Of a DNA stretch of 64,000 bases, positions 58,287-64,000 are shown in pieces. Source of the DNA: Chrysomallon squamiferum (taxonomy: Eukaryota > Animalia > Mollusca). The DNA lies in NCBI GenBank assembly GCA_012295275.1, contig CM022668.1, forward strand, positions 16,492,001-16,556,000, in the 5' to 3' direction. The number at the start of each line of letters is the position of its first letter. The stretch's first letter is position 1. Under the pieces are notes generated by a model, which was given only the letters and a program-made list of their open reading frames with translations, ran no database searches and had not been told where the DNA came from. The translations under genes and the position numbers were made by a program.

Positions 58287-59262
58287 AGACAACCTAACTC
58301 CCCTGTTTTCTGCCATGTTTTTAATATTAGTTCATAGCACAGAAAGGGGTGTAGACAACCTAACTCCCCTGCTTTCTGTCATGTTTTTAATATTAGTTCA
58401 TAGCACAGAAAGGGGTGTAGACAACCTAACTCCCCTGTTTTCTGTCATGTTTTTAATATGATTTCATAGCACAGAAAGGGGTGTAGACAACCTAACTCCC
58501 CTGCTTTCTGTCATGTTTTTAATATGATTTCATAGCACAGAAAGGGGTGTAGACAACCTAACTCCCCTGCGTTCTGTCATGTTTTTAATATTAGTTCATA
58601 GCACAGAAAGGGGTGTAGACAACCTAACTCCCCTGCGTTCTGTCATGTTTTTAATATGATTTCATAGCACAGAAAGGGGTGTAGACAACCTAACTCCCCT
58701 GCTTTCTGTCATGTTTTTAATATTAGTTCATAGCACAGAAAGGGGTGTAGACAACCTAACTCCCCTGCTTTCTGTCATGTTTTTAATATTAGTTCATAGC
58801 ACAGAAAGGGGTGTAGACAACCTAACTCCCCTGCTTTCTGTCATGTTTTTAATATTAGTTCATAGCACAGAAAGGGGTGTAGACAACCTAACTCCCCTGC
58901 TTTCTGTCATGTTTTTAATATTATTTCATAGCACAGAAAGGGGTGTAGACAACCTAACTCCCCTGCTTTCTGTCATGTTTTTAATATTAGTTCATAGCAC
59001 AGAAAGGGGTGTAGACAACCTAACTCCCCTGCGTTCTGTCATGTTTTTAATATGATTTCATAGCACAGAAAGGGGTGTAGACAACCTAACTCCCCTGCTT
59101 TCTGTCATGTTTTTAATATTAGTTCATAGCACAAAAAGGGGTGTAGACAACCTAACTCCCCTGCTTTCTGTCATGTTTTTAATATTAGTTCATAGCACAG
59201 AAAGGGGTGTAGACAACCTAACTCCCCTGCTTTCTGTCATGTTTTTAATATTATTTCACAGC
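58287..59262. repeat. 66-bp minisatellite, about 15 near-identical copies
   Basis: Unit gacaacctaactcccctgctttctgtcatgtttttaatattagttcatagcacagaaaggggtgta; gives the 22-aa periodic ORFs. Confidence 0.97.
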
Positions 59263-59628
59263 AAATGTGGTAAGAGAGAGCAAAGCTTGCTTATTACATT
59301 AAATAAGTTGCCATGGAAATGCCATTGTTAATTCTCTGCGCGTTATTTATCATTATTTTTTGTTAATTATTATTTATATATATATATTTTTTATGTCAAA
59401 TTAGATTATAAAAATCAAATAGTGGTTCAATAGTAAGCGAGTGAATGCAGTGTTTATTATTATATTAAAAGCTTATTTTTCAGAATATTGATATCTAAAA
59501 ATCTATATTTCTAAAACAGAGGAAAACAAAGAGAAAATGATATATATAATTTATGTGCTATTTATAGCAGCAAAAAAATGCATATATGAGAGGAAGAAAG
59601 ACGGAGTGAAGTACAGAGAAAAGATATT

Positions 59629-59738
<110 letters not shown>

Positions 59739-59771
59739 CAGAGAGAGAAGAGTATGACAGAAGGAGAGAGA

Positions 59772-59840
<69 letters not shown>

Positions 59841-61529
59841 CAGAGAGAGAAGAGTATGACAGAAGGAGAGAGAGCAGAGAGAGAGTTTGATGAAATAACA
59901 AATCTTTAACGATCAAAGTTTACAAACGACATACCTATTTTACGAACTTCAGTGTAAAGGGAAACAACTCCAGTTATACTATTGTCTATTGAACCAGTAT
60001 TGGCGGCTGTGTGTTCCACTCGGCTACTGAGGTTTACAGTCTGCACACTGAACCGAGATCAGAGAAGTCACGTGACAGTGTAAAATATTATTTACTTGTT
60101 TACCAGACACCTGTGTTTTCACAAGAAAAAGGCCGAAACAGCCATAAACCGTGAACATGTTTTTTCTTTTTTTAAAAGTGTTTGCCAACAAACCATTTTA
60201 TAAATAGATTAACACTGTCCATTTTTCTCTACAGAGCTAGATTTGCTAATTATGATGTATTCACTATACAAAACAGAATTTTTTTTGTAATTTCAACGAG
60301 ACTATAGGAAAGGCATATTAGCAGAAAGAAATTTGATAATTGCATTACATTAAAGCACGGGAACATCTACATTTTCTACAAGATTACACTGAAATAATTA
60401 TTCAATTATTACGAGACAATTAGTTAATTTCTTATAATAAGATCATTTCAAATTTTTCTGCAAGGAGGAATTTTGTGCATTGTGGAAGAAATGTGTTAAT
60501 CTTATTACACTTTCTAAAGTCGATTGTGAAAGCAGCTTGTTAATCATTTTATTTTTATTTTAATCAAATAAAGTTTCTATAGTAAAAGATTATCAGAGAT
60601 TTGAGAAATTCTATTAGAAAACTAATCACCAGGTCAGAACTGTTTCCCCGCTGCTGAGAAATGAAGACACGAGAAAAGCAATCATTGCAAGAGTCAGTCA
60701 AAGATTCGAATATCGAGACTATTACCTTGATAATAGATATCTACTATTCCCAGGCACACTAGGCGACTACAAGGTCTGGCAGGGAGGGGGGAGGGTTTGC
60801 TCCCCGGGGCCACCGACCAATCAAAACGTTGTGTCTGAAAGTCACGAACACCAGAAAGCGATCTTCAGTTTCGAATTAGCGTCCTATCGCAATCAGACTT
60901 GAGCAAACATCCATCTCGTGCAGGGCGTTTTCATGAATACAATCAAAGGTAGACGAGACTCGGCGAGGTTATCACCTCTCATCGGTGCAAGGAGCCGTTT
61001 CGTTCATTTACTTTCATCAGAGCAGTTTTAATTTATGTGTCTTTCTCTCTCTTAGTCAATATGGCGTAATGACGTTTTCCCAGTAATTGCGGTGTAGCAG
61101 CTGGCTGGGTAACTCGAGAGCACATTAAAACAACGTTTTCCTATATCAGTATTACACATTTTATCTGCGTGTACGTTACAACAAACTGGAATTTCACAAA
61201 CACATGGAGACAGGGTTTAAGGATGAGGAAAACAAAATACAAAAGATATCGTCAAAACAGAAACTAAATAAAACTATGTGTAATTTTCTATGTGTATTTT
61301 TTGAGTATGCGTGTGTATATGTATGTGTATGTTTACGTGTGTGTGTGCATGCGTGCGTGCGTGCGTTTGTACATGTTGGTGTGTCCTGCGGTAATTTGCC
61401 TGGATAATAAAAATTGAAACCCAATTAAATTCTTTATTTTATTCTGTCCAGCCTAGTATTTACTCCTAGATTTGATTTCAAAACAGTATCCTTCATTTAA
61501 TACTACTACTACTAATAATAATAGTAATA

Positions 61530-61657
<128 letters not shown>

Positions 61658-62854
61658 TGCTATTGTCCTCTTTACGTTTTGTTATTTAACCTGCGCATGA
61701 GCAAAACAAGTGAATCTAGAAAATTCGACAAATCAACTCTTGAAATAAACACGACTATGAAGCTCAAATAAAATATACGTAACTTCACAAAGAATACAAA
61801 CAAGTCGTAATTGATCGGAGATTAATAAAGAAGTTCTTTGCAAACTGAGATCATTAATCAGAGAAAGGTGGGTGTGTTGTTTGGTTTCCGGTTACTCACA
61901 CTCACTGACTCACGGTCGGTGTGGGTGAAGTTTGTCATGTAGCCATGAGCAGAATTTTCAAGTAGGCTAACATGGAAAATAATTTCTGTACATTTTGTAT
62001 ATACATATATATATTATTTCAGGTTTTGTTTTGTGGAAGTTAGATGTTTCGTAATAATTTAGTATTGATAGTTGTGGTAGTTGAAGTAGTAGTAACAAAA
62101 GTAGTAGTAGTAGCTGCAATAGTAGTAACAGCAGAAATAGTGACAGAACTAGTACTTGTTACAGCAGAAGCTTTACGATTACATTTATGTCTGGCAATAG
62201 TATAGACAAAAGTATCAGAATTAGAAACAGTGATGTTATGGCAACTGATGAAAATAATAGGATAAAAGTATATATATATGCATATATTAGACAAACAGTG
62301 GAATGTAAGTATACATTTATAAAAGAAAAGCCAAGCAACAGAGACGTGGTAAATATATCTGAATAGTTTTTTCTTCTTTTTTTTAAATTATTATTATTCA
62401 GTGATTTCAAACACATAAATACATAATTGTGTGTTAGTTTTGTTTAGTTCTTGTGTAGCTGTGATACTGTTGTTTGTTGTTGTTTCTTTTGCTTCTTTTT
62501 TTCAATTTGTTTTCTTTTTGTTTTCTTTTTTTTTTTTTTTTTTTTCTTCTTATGGCTATGATGTTGTTACATTTATAAAATTCTATACATGAAAAAACAA
62601 GAAAGAAAATTTATAAAACTGATTTTATAATTACATCATCACGTAATCAGTGTAGGAGATTTGTCTGTAATTTAGTTTGTCTAGCGAGAAAAAATTCTTC
62701 TAGAATGTGAAAAATGAATATTCCATAACCATGTTGTCATGGTGATAAATAATAAATTAAGTTTGATTTGGAATAAAACTACAAAGTAAGTGTTTATTTA
62801 CCACAGAACCCAGTTTAAACAGAAATATTTCTGAATGAATTATGAATGAAACTG

Positions 62855-62889
<35 letters not shown>

Positions 62890-63372
62890 TAGTATTTTAG
62901 TTTGAACATTTATTTCTGTGTCCATAACCAGAAAATATTAATATAAAATATCAGTTTTCTTTTCCTGATTTTTAACAAAGTTCTTATTTATTATTTTGAC
63001 TTATTACTTTTTATTCTTATTTATTTATTTATTTACTTATTGTATTGTTGTTGTCGTTATACATTTTATTTATTATTTTGACTTATTACTTTTTATTCTT
63101 ATTTATTTATTTATTGTTTTGTTGTTGTCGTTATACATTTTAGTTATTTAATTTTATTTAGAAACAATACGTCATACAATTTAATGAGCAATGTGACATG
63201 TAGTGACTCTATGTGACGTCACAGTCACTACAAATAACACGACTCCTTAAAATACAAAATATAAACTATATACGATCACTACGATTTTATTTAACAAGCT
63301 GATTGCAAATATATAGTGTCTTTACTTTGTTTTATACTGTATTTCATTAATAAAGTATATGAAAACATTAAG

Positions 63373-63403
<31 letters not shown>

Positions 63404-64000
63404 TTTCAAAAAAGTTCTTGAATTTTTTATTTTTTATTCAGGAAATTTTATAACGTACAAAATCAATAAGAAATCTTGTCAAAATTCTTCCATTTTTTAA
63501 AAGTTCTAAACATTTTTATCTTCTTAATTTTTATTTTATTTTATTTTATTTTATTTTATTTTATTTTATTTTATTTTATTTTATATTTTCATGTTCATTT
63601 ACTCACGTGAAGTAGTTTAACCGAGACTCACAAAAGTGCAATGACCTTTCTGAAAACTATGTATCTATTAAAATCTATTAATAACTATTAAAATGACTTA
63701 TAACGAAAATATATTTATAAATAAATTGAAATCACGAAAAGCTGTAATTTCTCGTTTGAAGGTAAACTGGCAAAGTCTGTCTGTTTAAAATTTATTTTTA
63801 AAATAAAACTCAGCTTTCTAAAACAGTTACAGTATACACTCTTGCATAAACTTTCAAGTGCACAGACCCGTAAATACACATAATACGTACTCGTTTAAAA
63901 TACGTGTACAAACATACGTACATACATACATACATACATAATTACGTACGTACATACATACATACATACATACATACATACATACATACATACATACATA

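Noticed and set aside
58287-59262. CRISPR-like array or 22-aa repeat protein
   Set aside because: Units are contiguous with no unique spacers, no cas genes, eukaryotic context; ORFs are broken by stop variants. The same applies to the arrays at 12.0-13.1, 20.4, 21.9, 30.7 and 36.3 kb.

Overview
AT-rich, microsatellite-dense animal genomic DNA, probably a lophotrochozoan such as a mollusc (inferred from protein style and repeat content). It has two protein-coding genes, both on the minus strand. (1) The first three exons of a prolyl 4-hydroxylase alpha-subunit-like gene (2346 to 62), which runs off the left edge. (2) An innexin gap-junction gene whose whole channel domain is in one exon (11977-10774). 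The innexin locus is the notable part. Its stop codon is TGA-CTAG, the canonical high-readthrough context. It is followed in frame by a 97-codon basic-then-acidic extension that ends in the same S-N-V tripeptide and a second TGA-CTAG, then two more in-frame TGA-C stops. The constant exon has no start codon and begins in phase 2. Across the upstream ~50 kb I found several ATG-started exon candidates ending in phase-2 donors, each giving a different N-terminus, some His-rich. A minisatellite also duplicates the innexin splice acceptor. Together this suggests one gap-junction gene with variable N-termini and readthrough-extended C-termini. All splicing and readthrough calls are predictions from sequence alone.
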